Below are positions 19,412 to 29,143 of a stretch of 39,403 nt of DNA, in pieces (position 1 is the stretch's first letter; every line of letters starts with the position of its first letter). The stretch is from NCBI GenBank assembly GCA_963922285.1, contig CAWUIU010000001.1:1-39403 (forward strand). Reading direction: 5' to 3'. The translations under genes were made by a program, and so were the position numbers. The notes beneath the pieces were generated by a model. It made no database searches, was not told the origin of the DNA, and saw only the letters and a program-made list of their open reading frames with translations. Source of the DNA: an uncultured Oligoflexia bacterium. GTDB lineage: Bacteria; Bdellovibrionota; Bacteriovoracia; Bacteriovoracales; Bacteriovoracaceae.

Positions 19412-20074
19412 TTATTCCTTATACTGCTCTGAAACTTCACTTCTAATAAGACTTCTTAATTCCTGAAAATTAAATCTTTGTAGTGGTTTACCGTTAACAA
19501 AGAACGTTGGTGTTCCTCTAACTTCAAGTTGACGAAGATCCTTAGTGTCTTGCTCAATGATTTTTCCAATTTCTGGATCTTTCATATCAAGATTTAACTT
19601 GTCCATATCAAGACCAATTTGTGGAAGCAGTTTAAAGATGACCTGTGGCTGTGGATTATGGTGACTCCCCCACTTTGGCTGATGTTCAAAGAGTAACTCC
19701 ATAGCCTCCCAATACTTACCCTGCTTACGAGCAGCTTCAAGAGCACGTATTGCAACTTTTGAATTTCTGTGAAAAGGCGCATATCTCACAACAAGTTGGA
19801 CCTTCCCATCAAACTCAGTGATCAATTTCTTAACGGCAGGATAGAACATTCGACAGCTCTCACACTCAGGATCAAGAAATTCAATTAGGAAAACTTTAGC
19901 ATCTTTATTTCCATAACGAGGAGAATAATCTCTAACAAAGATTTCAGCACTTTCTTTGACCAAGAAAGTATAATTCTCAGCTTGAGACTTTTTATAATAA
20001 CTGCCTCCTATAATAAAGGCTGATAACATTAGTGCACCAACACCAATATAAAGATAAATATTACTATTTTTCAC
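19412..20074 (-). CDS. dsbA: DsbA/BdbD-like thiol-disulfide oxidoreductase
   Basis: EFLDPECESC (CxxC), GTPTFFVNG cis-Pro loop, N-terminal TM; GGAGG RBS before GTG 20074. Confidence 0.9.
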   Translation of the reverse strand: MKNSNIYLYIGVGALMLSAFIIGGSYYKKSQAENYTFLVKESAEIFVRDYSPRYGNKDAKVFLIEFLDPECESCRMFYPAVKKLITEFDGKVQLVVRYAPFHRNSKVAIRALEAARKQGKYWEAMELLFEHQPKWGSHHNPQPQVIFKLLPQIGLDMDKLNLDMKDPEIGKIIEQDTKDLRQLEVRGTPTFFVNGKPLQRFNFQELRSLIRSEVSEQYKE

Positions 20075-20495
20075 GAGTAAAACTCCTCCAAACAAAGAAT
20101 AAAATAATTGCCAATATGCTAAAGGCTATAAATGAAAGTATTGGAATCGTGACAAATCCAAACCAATCGATGTAAACAGTTGAGCACGAAACTCCCTCCA
20201 AACAGGGAGAAGCAGACTCTGGAACAATTTCATAGTGTAATAAATTATGATAGAGAGCGATTACCCAACCTGTAAATACGAGCGGTAATGTAAAAGAGAA
20301 AGTCTCTATTTCTCCAAAAGTTGATCCAACTCCAAATAGAAAGACCAGTGGATACATGGCAATTCACTGATACCAACACAGAACACATGGTGGGAATTCC
20401 ATAATCTCGCTGAAGAATAAACTACCCAAAGTAGCAAATAATGAAATCGTCCAGGCTAAAAATATTGGAATTGATAATTCTCTTTGTTTTTCCAT
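20064..20495 (-). pseudogene. bdbC: DsbB/BdbC disulfide bond formation protein interrupted by an in-frame TGA
   Basis: From ATG 20495: [49 protein letters not shown]...PCLEGVSC...WFGFVTIP. TGA at 20364-20366 replaces the conserved Arg of CWYQR. Confidence 0.88.
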
Positions 20496-20541
20496 AGCTA
20501 TTCTTTAACATATTTCATATGATGTCGTCACTTGCCAACTA

Positions 20542-21510
20542 GTGAATAATACAATGAATGTCCAACTAAAGTTTACAATCGAAAAATTGTTTCATTCTGA
20601 TGAAAAAATAAGCTTTAGCCTTGTGCAAAATTTATGGAGCAATTATGGAAGTTTACTCCGAGTTAACAACTCGCAACAATCATTTATTGTCAAAGTCATT
20701 AAAATTCCAGACTTAAGTAATCATCCCCGAGGATGGAATTCTTCAATTTCCCATAACAGAAAAAAGAAATCGTATCTCATCGAAAATAACTGGTACGAAA
20801 GATACAATTATGCATTGAAAGACTGTTATTTTCCTCGTCTTATTACTTCAGGGACAGTTAACGAGGAGCAGTTTTTAATCTTGGAAGATTTACAAATAGC
20901 GGGCTATTCCCCAGCCCCAATTGATATTTCTGAGTCAATTAAGCTCGTAATAAAATGGTTAGCCTCCTTTCATGCTAACTATATTATGGTTGCTCCAAAA
21001 GATCTTTGGAAAATTGGAACCTATTGGCATCTCCAGACAAGACCAGAAGAGTTCGCAGTTATGGATAATAGTGCCTTAAAGGCAAATGCAAAACAGATTG
21101 ATGAAAAGCTAAACCAAGCAAAGTATAAAACGATTATTCATGGAGATGCAAAACTAGCTAATTTTCTCTTTCATAAAAGTGAAAATAAATGTGCTGCTGT
21201 TGACTTCCAGTATGTAGGAGGTGGTGTTGGAGTTAAGGATCTCGCCTATTTTCTTAGTAGCGTTTACGAAGAAGATGATCTTTTTAAATATGAAGAGACC
21301 AATCTTGACCTATACTTTTCAACTCTGACAGAAGCACTAGCATCAAAAATGACCACAGAACAAATCAATGATCTTGAAAAAGAATGGCGAACTCTCTACT
21401 CTTTTGCCTGGTGTGACTTCTATCGCTTTTTATTAGGATGGTCACCTGGACATTATAAGATTAACAAATACATAAAAACGAAAACACAGGACGCACTAAA
21501 ATGTCTTTAA
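20542..21510 (+). CDS. Choline/ecdysteroid kinase-like phosphotransferase
   Basis: LWSNYG, HPRGWN, LILEDL, IHGDAKLANF, VDFQYVG, DLAYF. Confidence 0.85.
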   Translation: MNNTMNVQLKFTIEKLFHSDEKISFSLVQNLWSNYGSLLRVNNSQQSFIVKVIKIPDLSNHPRGWNSSISHNRKKKSYLIENNWYERYNYALKDCYFPRLITSGTVNEEQFLILEDLQIAGYSPAPIDISESIKLVIKWLASFHANYIMVAPKDLWKIGTYWHLQTRPEEFAVMDNSALKANAKQIDEKLNQAKYKTIIHGDAKLANFLFHKSENKCAAVDFQYVGGGVGVKDLAYFLSSVYEEDDLFKYEETNLDLYFSTLTEALASKMTTEQINDLEKEWRTLYSFAWCDFYRFLLGWSPGHYKINKYIKTKTQDALKCL

Positions 21511-22364
21511 CAAATGATCAACTAATAGTCCTAAGAGATGTGGCCAAAGAAGCTGCCCTTGAGGCTGGTAAAATTATTTCATCACGTAAAGGATCAGATC
21601 TCGTGATAAATGATAAAGTTGGAGGTGAAAATCTCGCCTCATGTGTCGTTACAGAGATTGACCTAGCAGCAGAAAAAGCAATTCTAAAAATACTTACACC
21701 AACTTTAGAAAGATTCAACTTAGGCCTATTAACAGAGGAATCAACAGATGATAACTCTCGTTTTGTACACGATTTCTTTTGGTGCATTGACCCTCTTGAT
21801 GGAACTCTTTGTTACTCTCGTGATGAGGATGGCTACAGTGTTTCGATTGCCTTAATTTCAAAAACTGGTACACCAACTATTGGTGTTGTTTATAATCCAA
21901 AACATGACTCTCTCTATTCAGCAATTAAAGATCATGGAACTTATAAAAATGGTAGCAAGCTTAAAGTTAACACTGACAAAAATGAGCTAACTCTTCTTTA
22001 TGATCAAAGCTACTTAAAATATCCACTTTTCCAAGAACAAATTGATCAAATAGAAAGAAGTGCTAAAGAATCAGGATTAAAAGGTGTTAAACTATTTCAT
22101 CTTGGTGGTGCTGTGATGAATGGAATCACAACTATTGAAATGGCACCAGCTCTCTATTTCAAGTTTCCCAAAAAGTCAGATGGTGGTGGCAGTATCTGGG
22201 ACTTTGCTGCAAGTTCTGTTATTCAATCTGAGGCAGGTGGTTTTAATAGTAACTATCATCTTCAACCACTCGATTTAAATAGAAAGGAGAGCACCTTTAT
22301 GAATCACGAAGGTGCTATTTATACTAGTAATAAAAGTTTGTTAAAGTATATACCAAAGATTTAA
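21501..22364 (+). CDS. Inositol monophosphatase/CysQ family phosphatase
   Basis: VTEID, LTEE, WCIDPLDGT, WDFAA; overlaps the kinase gene by 10 nt. Confidence 0.9.
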   Translation: MSLTNDQLIVLRDVAKEAALEAGKIISSRKGSDLVINDKVGGENLASCVVTEIDLAAEKAILKILTPTLERFNLGLLTEESTDDNSRFVHDFFWCIDPLDGTLCYSRDEDGYSVSIALISKTGTPTIGVVYNPKHDSLYSAIKDHGTYKNGSKLKVNTDKNELTLLYDQSYLKYPLFQEQIDQIERSAKESGLKGVKLFHLGGAVMNGITTIEMAPALYFKFPKKSDGGGSIWDFAASSVIQSEAGGFNSNYHLQPLDLNRKESTFMNHEGAIYTSNKSLLKYIPKI

Positions 22365-23215
22365 TAATCCAGTCGTAGACTATCAAAGTCAGCCGCACTA
22401 TGGCGATCTTTTAACTGTTGATCATCGTCGCCCCATGTTCGATTGACGAGCCTCCCACGAAGAACGGCTTTCCTTTTAATAAGATCATTAGCCCAGCGTA
22501 TAACATTTTTATATTCAGAAACATTTAAAAACTCAGCGGCATTGTAGAGCTTTCCTTGAACAAGTGCTCCATACCAAGGAAAAATCGCCATATCAGCAAT
22601 TGTATACTCATCACCAGCAATGTACGGATTATTCGCTAATTGTTTATCAAGTACATCGAGCTGTCTCTTTGTTTCCATTGTAAAACGATCGATTGGATAT
22701 TTATATTTCTCAGGTGCGTACTTATAGAAGTGACCAAATCCCCCACCAAGGTATGGCGCTGAGCCAACTTGCCAAAAAAGCCAGTTAAACACTTCAGTTC
22801 TCTTCGCGGTGTCTGTTGGCAAGAATTTGCCAAACTTTTCTGCTAGATACACAAGAATCGAAACAGATTCAAACACCCTAATATTCTTACCATCACTCTT
22901 ATCAACTAATGCTGGAATTTTAGAATTTGGGTTTATTTCAACAAAACCAGAATTGAACTGATCTGCCTCTCCAATGTTAATCAAGAACGCATCATACTCA
23001 GCCTCCTTAACTCCTAATTCGAGTAATTCTTCAAACATTATTGTTACTTTTACTCCATTAGGAGTTCCCAGTGAGTAGAGTTGAAACGGATGGCTTCCAA
23101 GAGGCAACTCTTTTTCGGTTCTTGCACCTGCTGTTGGACGATTTATTCCAGCAAATTCTCCACCATTTTCTTCATTGTATTCCCATACTTTTGGCGGCGT
23201 ATAAACATCAGTCAT
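22361..23215 (-). CDS. yghU: Glutathione-dependent disulfide-bond oxidoreductase (GST Nu class)
   Basis: YTPPKVW, INRPTAGA, LYSLGTPNGVKV, NPNSKIPAL, APYLGGGFGHFY, RHSAADF. Confidence 0.95.
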   Translation of the reverse strand: MTDVYTPPKVWEYNEENGGEFAGINRPTAGARTEKELPLGSHPFQLYSLGTPNGVKVTIMFEELLELGVKEAEYDAFLINIGEADQFNSGFVEINPNSKIPALVDKSDGKNIRVFESVSILVYLAEKFGKFLPTDTAKRTEVFNWLFWQVGSAPYLGGGFGHFYKYAPEKYKYPIDRFTMETKRQLDVLDKQLANNPYIAGDEYTIADMAIFPWYGALVQGKLYNAAEFLNVSEYKNVIRWANDLIKRKAVLRGRLVNRTWGDDDQQLKDRHSAADFDSLRLDY

Positions 23216-23258
23216 ATTTACTCCTTGATCTAGATAAGTGAATCAAAAGGCCAAGTTG

Positions 23259-23684
23259 TTACTCTTTTTGATTACCTTGAAACAAATCAATCACTTCTTG
23301 CTCTGTTAACATTTTGGTATTGTTAGCAAAGCTATAATTACTAGGCTTTGAGTCAATATAGATCTGTGTCTTGAAGCTAAATTCATTCTGTTGATCAATA
23401 AGACCTAGATTAAAGTTACAAAATGGATTGTTCTCATCTTTTAATCGGTAAAACAAATTAGTCCCACAACTTTTACAAAAACCCCTCTCTGCCCATTCAC
23501 TAGAGTCATAAATCTGGACAAACTCTTCACCTGTAATATCTAAATCAGACTTTACATCAATAGTAAGAGCAGGCCCTCCATTCCACTTTCGACAAATAGA
23601 GCAATGACATGATTCAAAGCCACTACCATTTGTAAGAAATGAGAACTTAATTTTTTGACAAAGACATGAGCCTGTTACTTTCAT
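23259..23684 (-). CDS. GFA/CENP-V family Zn-binding protein
   Basis: GSCLC, CHCSICRKW, SSEWAERGFCKSCG. Confidence 0.92.
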   Translation of the reverse strand: MKVTGSCLCQKIKFSFLTNGSGFESCHCSICRKWNGGPALTIDVKSDLDITGEEFVQIYDSSEWAERGFCKSCGTNLFYRLKDENNPFCNFNLGLIDQQNEFSFKTQIYIDSKPSNYSFANNTKMLTEQEVIDLFQGNQKE

Positions 23685-23857
23685 CTTTCACTCCTTAATA
23701 GTTTTTCAACCTTCTTTTCATGATATTTAGTTCTTCTACGTTTAACCTATCGCAAACTTAAAAAGAAGCCATTGCTTTAAAATATTAGTTTTTTAAATTT
23801 CATTTGATTCTATATTTTCATGTACTCATTCTAACAGGGAAGAATGGATACACAAAA

Positions 23858-24517
23858 TTAACTAATACTACTAACCGTAATATCAAATTTTCCATATTTC
23901 AAATCATTAGAAAATGGCTTTTTCTTAAAATTGACGATAACGCTCTCCCTCTCTTCTTTAGATAGAGACTGGAGAATTCGATCATTCTTATTATATTTAT
24001 CATCACTAAAATATACTTGAGTCGTTAGCTCTTCGTAACCTCTTCGGTGGACTTTTAAATGAATATGAGCAGGTCTTACCCAATTAGCTGTAGCATGATA
24101 ATGCCCCGGTCTAACAGTTTTAAAGCTATACTCTCCCTTATCATTGGTAAGCGTACGTCCCCAATATTGGAAGTTTGGATCAAGCTCGGCAGGATTAGGA
24201 TCTCCAGGGTGATTATATTTTCCAGTGTCACAAGCTTGCCAAATTTCAACAAGTGCATTTTTAACAGGCCTACAGTTATTGTCAGAAACAACACCCATTA
24301 GAACCACAACCTCTCCTCTGGCTCCAAGTGTTCGTCCAGCAACTCTCGTTAAGTCACTGTCTTTGTCGAATTGTTCAAAAACAGGATAAAAAGGTCCCTC
24401 GGTTTGAGACGGTGTAAGAGAACAGGAGCTTGCACTTGTTGTCTTATTAACTAAAAAAAGTGATCCAATTGATAAAACAGAGTTTTTTAAATATTTTCTT
24501 CTTGATAGATCTTTCAT
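23858..24517 (-). CDS. Intradiol ring-cleavage dioxygenase family protein with a Tat signal
   Basis: SRRKYLK twin-arginine motif; TEGPFYP, VEIWQACDTGKY, PGHY, RPAHIH, TTQVYF. Confidence 0.9.
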   Translation of the reverse strand: MKDLSRRKYLKNSVLSIGSLFLVNKTTSASSCSLTPSQTEGPFYPVFEQFDKDSDLTRVAGRTLGARGEVVVLMGVVSDNNCRPVKNALVEIWQACDTGKYNHPGDPNPAELDPNFQYWGRTLTNDKGEYSFKTVRPGHYHATANWVRPAHIHLKVHRRGYEELTTQVYFSDDKYNKNDRILQSLSKEERESVIVNFKKKPFSNDLKYGKFDITVSSIS

Positions 24518-24615
24518 ACTTACCTCCAGTAATTAAAATTATTATCTTAAAAACTGAAAGATAAATACAATAACATCTATCCCCCTCTGTCATATAAAAT
24601 ATTTATGAAACAACT

Positions 24616-25650
24616 CTAGTGTTTTGGTAGAAAACTACTCAAATGATACCGATCTCTTGTAGCGACATAATCTTCTTGAGAACCCATTGCAATAATACAG
24701 TCCCCCTCTTCGAATAAGTAGTCTCCACGTGGATTAAAGACAAATTTACGATTATTTTTTCGAATTCCAACGATAATAATTTCTTGCATTTGTGGTCCAA
24801 TTTCAGAGAGCTTTTTATTAACTAGTTCAGATTTTGCTGAAACATAAAGGTCTGCCAGTTGGACAGGAACTTCTTCCCCGTGGCTTCCACGCATTCCCTT
24901 AATATTTAAAAAATCCTCGACACCTGGATTGAGAACACTTTCCGCTACATTTAATCCACTCATAACAAATGGTAGAACAACTTTATCGGCACCAGCTCTG
25001 AGCATTCTTCTTTCAGCACTTCTCTCATTTGCTCTTACAATTATGTGAAGGTCTTTGTTAAAAGAACGACACGCTAAAGCGATATAAAGTCCATCGGAAT
25101 CATTATCTACGACCGACACAAGAACCTTGGCTTTATCTACACTGGCCTTCAAAAGAATATCATCATGAGCAGCATCACCAACAATAAAAAAGTAGCCTTC
25201 TTTATTTAACTTATCCAAAAGATTTTCTCGCTTTTCAATAACAACGAAACGAACACCTTCCTCTTTAAGACGTTTACAAATGATTTCTCCCATTCTTCCA
25301 AACCCACATACTACAGTGTGTCCTTCAAACTCTTGAATCTTTGCTTCCATCTTCTCTCTCCTTCTCTGAGTGAAATCTATACTGGCAATATAACTTAGAA
25401 TTGTAGATATACTAAAAGTTACTAATCCTACTCCTAAGAGGAGCAATAATATCGTAAAGACTCTGCCTCCTATTGTCTGCGGTACAAAATCTCCATATCC
25501 TGTCGTGGTTAAAGTGATGACTGTCATGTAAAGAGCATCAAAAAAAGATAAATTTTCTAAATGCGCATAAGTAAGGGTTCCTCCCAACACTATCATTAAT
25601 ATCATAGCTGATATTGCAGCAATTTTCACAAAAGCATTTCTTGAGTCCAT
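24616..25650 (-). CDS. Two-TM potassium channel with RCK (TrkA-N/C) domains
   Basis: Pore ALYMTVITLTTTGYGD; RCK motifs VCGFGRMG and AGADKVVLP. Confidence 0.93.
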   Translation of the reverse strand: MDSRNAFVKIAAISAMILMIVLGGTLTYAHLENLSFFDALYMTVITLTTTGYGDFVPQTIGGRVFTILLLLLGVGLVTFSISTILSYIASIDFTQRRREKMEAKIQEFEGHTVVCGFGRMGEIICKRLKEEGVRFVVIEKRENLLDKLNKEGYFFIVGDAAHDDILLKASVDKAKVLVSVVDNDSDGLYIALACRSFNKDLHIIVRANERSAERRMLRAGADKVVLPFVMSGLNVAESVLNPGVEDFLNIKGMRGSHGEEVPVQLADLYVSAKSELVNKKLSEIGPQMQEIIIVGIRKNNRKFVFNPRGDYLFEEGDCIIAMGSQEDYVATRDRYHLSSFLPKH

Positions 25651-26013
25651 ATGATTTTTATCGTCAAGTTTTAAAATTCAAAGAGTAAAACAGATAAACA
25701 AAACCGAAATGGTACATTTTTCCGGCAGTTTTACTTATTCTTTTTTTTGGCGACCAACTTGTACTCCTCAACATTTCAAAATTTGACATTGGATCTTTAA
25801 GAACAAAATAGAAAAATGATTGAAGGTAAAATAGCATTACTTCATTTACAATCTGCTCACCTGGAGAAGTTATTTTACAAACTTCCACTTTACATAGAGC
25901 CAATTTAAGCGGCTTTTTACAGACTTAAAACAAACATCTACTTTACTCTTCTTGACATATTTACAGATATTTATTTCTACTTGAAAGTACAAATGCTTTA
26001 CGAGCAGAAGATA

Positions 26014-27252
26014 TTAGGCAGCTTTTTTATCTTCTTCGATATGACCAAACAACTCTTGATCAAGAGACTTAATAAAATCTCTCCACTCTGACGATGGCTT
26101 TACCAGTTTTACACCTACTCGATTGCTAAACTTCCAACAGACATAACCTTTTGCCCTAATCTTCTTAGTGTCGAGAATAAGATCAAAAATGACGATAGAG
26201 TTTTCATTTGCGTCCATAAATAGACAAACTCCATTATCGGAGACATCTAAAACTCTAGTCTGAAATGACTCTCTCCCTGCGATAATGTTGCTTTTTAAGT
26301 TTACTGAAAAACGATAAGACTTTCGATGAGTTAAAATACTTCCGTTCTCTAGCGTTTCGTCAAGAGAACTTAAATTCAAACTATTATCTACAGTTTTTAG
26401 CTCCATCTCTGTTAAATTACTTAAAGCAGAAGAAGAGCTCTTCAATGTTTCATAAAACCCATCTGAAAAGAAAACCTTTTGAGCGATTAAGCTTCTTTTT
26501 TCGATTAAATCTTTAGGCTTTCCCCATGGAAATGTTTTAAGAAGACGATATAGATTTTTTTCAAGTGGTGCATTTCCATATAATTCCTCTAATCTCGTCA
26601 GGTATGTTTTCTTATCGACAACAAGTGAACTACTTTTTAAATTGTTAACACCACTATGCTTCTTAGTATCTCCAAATAATTCAAATCCACAAATGTCTGT
26701 ATAAAATGGAACAACAGACTTTCTTATTGTTAGAAAAATGTAATCTAGCTGTAAGGTATTTAAGCAATAATCCAAAGCTAGTAAAGCTAGAGGAAGAGAA
26801 ATACCTGTGTTACGAGATCGCCATTTTTGTCCAACAGTCAAACAAGAAAATTCTCCGATAACCCCAAGTCCTCTAAAGTCATTCACATTGTTAAAATTAT
26901 CAATAGGAAGCTTTAAATGTGAATCCAAAATAACTGAAATCGTACCAACGACTTCTTCTCCACTCTTGGCAATAAAAATCGTCGTCGTTGGCATAAAGTT
27001 GAATTTAGAAATCCTCATTAACTCATCACTATCAGTCATTTCTAATCGTCGATAGTTGCTTTGAACAAGTTCTAAAGCCTGTAATACTTCTTCTTTGGTA
27101 TCTGCAATTTTAAATGTAAAATTATTATCATCTTTGCTAATACTTGCACTGAACATAAGTCTTGTGAAGTGACCACGTAGTCCATCAGGAAATGCTTTAA
27201 AAGCTTTCCACAACAATACTCTGATCAATTTACTTAACGCTCGCAAGTTCAT
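26014..27252 (-). CDS. FeeM-like N-acyl amino acid synthase domain fused to a C-terminal PilZ domain
   Basis: FKIADTKEE..AL.LV..NY, TTIFIAK...VVGTISVI.DS..LPID, EFSCLTV, FY...GF. PilZ motifs RKSYR (RxxxR) and DVSDNG (DxSxxG), then VCW...VGVK. Confidence 0.75.
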   Translation of the reverse strand: MNLRALSKLIRVLLWKAFKAFPDGLRGHFTRLMFSASISKDDNNFTFKIADTKEEVLQALELVQSNYRRLEMTDSDELMRISKFNFMPTTTIFIAKSGEEVVGTISVILDSHLKLPIDNFNNVNDFRGLGVIGEFSCLTVGQKWRSRNTGISLPLALLALDYCLNTLQLDYIFLTIRKSVVPFYTDICGFELFGDTKKHSGVNNLKSSSLVVDKKTYLTRLEELYGNAPLEKNLYRLLKTFPWGKPKDLIEKRSLIAQKVFFSDGFYETLKSSSSALSNLTEMELKTVDNSLNLSSLDETLENGSILTHRKSYRFSVNLKSNIIAGRESFQTRVLDVSDNGVCLFMDANENSIVIFDLILDTKKIRAKGYVCWKFSNRVGVKLVKPSSEWRDFIKSLDQELFGHIEEDKKAA

Positions 27253-27314
27253 ACTGACTTATCGTCCGAATAAGCGAGAACTTTAATCAGATATCAATCT
27301 ATTCAAATTATCAG

Positions 27315-28670
27315 CTACTTAAGATCCCAAAAGGCTCCCTTCTCTTTCATTTCTTCATTTCTCTTAGGATGATGCGGATAAAATATTTGATCTCCATTTC
27401 TCTTCTTTTCACCTACACATAGATAAAATACATCTTCAGAGGAATGATTAACGATTGTATGAGAAACACCAGAGCCTGGCTTAAAGTCTACTCCTGTCAT
27501 AGCTTCTACTTTATATTCCTTGTCATCTAGAACGATATGCGGAGAACCTTTTAAAATAAGAACAAACTCTTCTTCAACTGAATGGGCATGGGGCCAAGAA
27601 CTTCGATTTCCAGGAGGTAGCTTCTCTAGCCAAATAGAAATATTATCAAAAGAATAATCACTTACTAGATTTACTCCATGTGTGAGAGGCTCTTTGTCTT
27701 CTGGATAGTAGCAAGGTTTCTCAGGAAGATTCATATATCCATTAAATATACTAACAGACTCATCCACAAACTTATCAGTTTCACTTCCTGGCATACCATC
27801 ATGCCCGCCGAGAATTTGCTTTGGCATATCATTCCACCATTTGTCTCCACACTCCTCTTTTAAGCTTGGATCAAGATGGAAGTGGTACTGATTATCTTTC
27901 TTAGTTCTATCGCCAGAAACGAAAAGCTCACAGTCTTCTCCTGAATTGTTAATAAAGCAGTGTCCAACTCCTGTCCCAGCTTTAAAGCCTATACTATCTC
28001 CTGCCCTCATTTTCTTTATATTCCCGTTGAGCCAAAGATCGATCTCACCAGAAATGATAAAAACAAATTCGTCTTCTAAGCTTTCTGCATGTGGTTCAGA
28101 AGTACGATAACCAGAAGGAATAGAAAAGTAATGAGCTGCAATTCTTTCAAAACTAAAAAACTTTGAAAAATTTGCATTTAATCCGCCAACCTTCAACTCT
28201 TCATTTACGTACTCACTTAAAATATTATCCTTAGTAATAAAATGACCATTAACAGTTGGTAAGTATTTTCCTTGATCAACAACTAACTTTCTCTTTGCTT
28301 CCTCTAGACTTAACCAATAATAGTCAAATCTCTCTCCATTATCTGAGTCATTAGATATAACAGTGTGTGACCAAGACTCAGGTAGATCAGAAGACTCTAT
28401 TTCGAAAACGTGACGCATATGAATTTGATTTTTTTCAACAAATTCATATTTAAATAGTCCGAGATGATTTTTTACACTATCAAACTTTAAGCCTGACTCT
28501 TTAAAAACTTCACGTAAGACACCTTTTACTGGATCTTCATTCTCTTGTATTGTTCCCGCTGGAACTTGAGGATTCACTTCCGGTACACCAGGATGATCAA
28601 AAACCAAAACTTGAAGTTCTTTTCCTACATAACGATAAATATATGCAAGAACCTTATACTTAACTTCCAT
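27315..28670 (-). CDS. Nudix hydrolase fused to two cupin domains
   Basis: Nudix box GTIQENEDPVKGVLREVFKESGL; cupin 1 SEPHAESLEDEFVFIISG...GVGHCFIN; cupin 2 SWPHAHSVEEEFVLILKG...GVSHTIVN. Confidence 0.85.
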   Translation of the reverse strand: MEVKYKVLAYIYRYVGKELQVLVFDHPGVPEVNPQVPAGTIQENEDPVKGVLREVFKESGLKFDSVKNHLGLFKYEFVEKNQIHMRHVFEIESSDLPESWSHTVISNDSDNGERFDYYWLSLEEAKRKLVVDQGKYLPTVNGHFITKDNILSEYVNEELKVGGLNANFSKFFSFERIAAHYFSIPSGYRTSEPHAESLEDEFVFIISGEIDLWLNGNIKKMRAGDSIGFKAGTGVGHCFINNSGEDCELFVSGDRTKKDNQYHFHLDPSLKEECGDKWWNDMPKQILGGHDGMPGSETDKFVDESVSIFNGYMNLPEKPCYYPEDKEPLTHGVNLVSDYSFDNISIWLEKLPPGNRSSWPHAHSVEEEFVLILKGSPHIVLDDKEYKVEAMTGVDFKPGSGVSHTIVNHSSEDVFYLCVGEKKRNGDQIFYPHHPKRNEEMKEKGAFWDLK

Positions 28671-28698
28671 ATGACACTCTCTATTTATTAATAAGTCG

Positions 28699-29115
28699 TT
28701 ATAGATAGTCTTCTATATTAGAGACCATAACTTTTATCTCATCTCTAACTCGTCTATAAACTCGTAAGATTTCTTCTTCGTTAGAAAGGTTCTTAGCTAA
28801 ACGTGGAGGGTCATCAAAGCCAGTATGAATAATTTTTCCACCAGGAAAGAATGGACAATTCTCATGGGCATCTGAACATACAGTAAAAACAATGTCCATT
28901 ATAACATCCGGTAGCTCGTCAGTTGTATTTGACTCATGAGTTGATATATCGACTCCGACCTCAGACATTACTTTAACAGCGTAAGGATTCAGACCATGTT
29001 TTTTTGTTCCTGCAGAGTAGAAGCGAAACTTATCTGACTTTAGAGCTTTTCCCCAGCCCTCAGCCATTTGTGATCGACATGAATTTCCTGTGCATAAGAA
29101 GAGAATATTTTTCAT
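28699..29115 (-). CDS. arsC: Thioredoxin-dependent arsenate reductase (LMW-PTP fold)
   Basis: ILFLCTGNSCRSQMAEG, VCSDAHENCP, FDDP; likely start ATG 29115 (MKNILF). Confidence 0.92.
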   Translation of the reverse strand: MKNILFLCTGNSCRSQMAEGWGKALKSDKFRFYSAGTKKHGLNPYAVKVMSEVGVDISTHESNTTDELPDVIMDIVFTVCSDAHENCPFFPGGKIIHTGFDDPPRLAKNLSNEEEILRVYRRVRDEIKVMVSNIEDYL

Positions 29116-29143
29116 ATAAAAATCATAGTATGTTCTACGATAA

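Noticed and set aside
20364-20366. TGA as selenocysteine or a reassigned codon in bdbC
   Set aside because: The position corresponds to Arg, not Cys, and TGA is a normal stop in other genes here (DJ-1 gene, GATase, histidine kinase).
25664-25903. 79-aa minus-strand ORF between the K+ channel and FeeM-PilZ genes
   Set aside because: TTG start, no RBS, no motif; probably intergenic or regulatory DNA. A small RNA cannot be excluded.
28699-29115. Arsenic resistance operon
   Set aside because: arsC is alone; no arsR or arsB/acr3 in the window.
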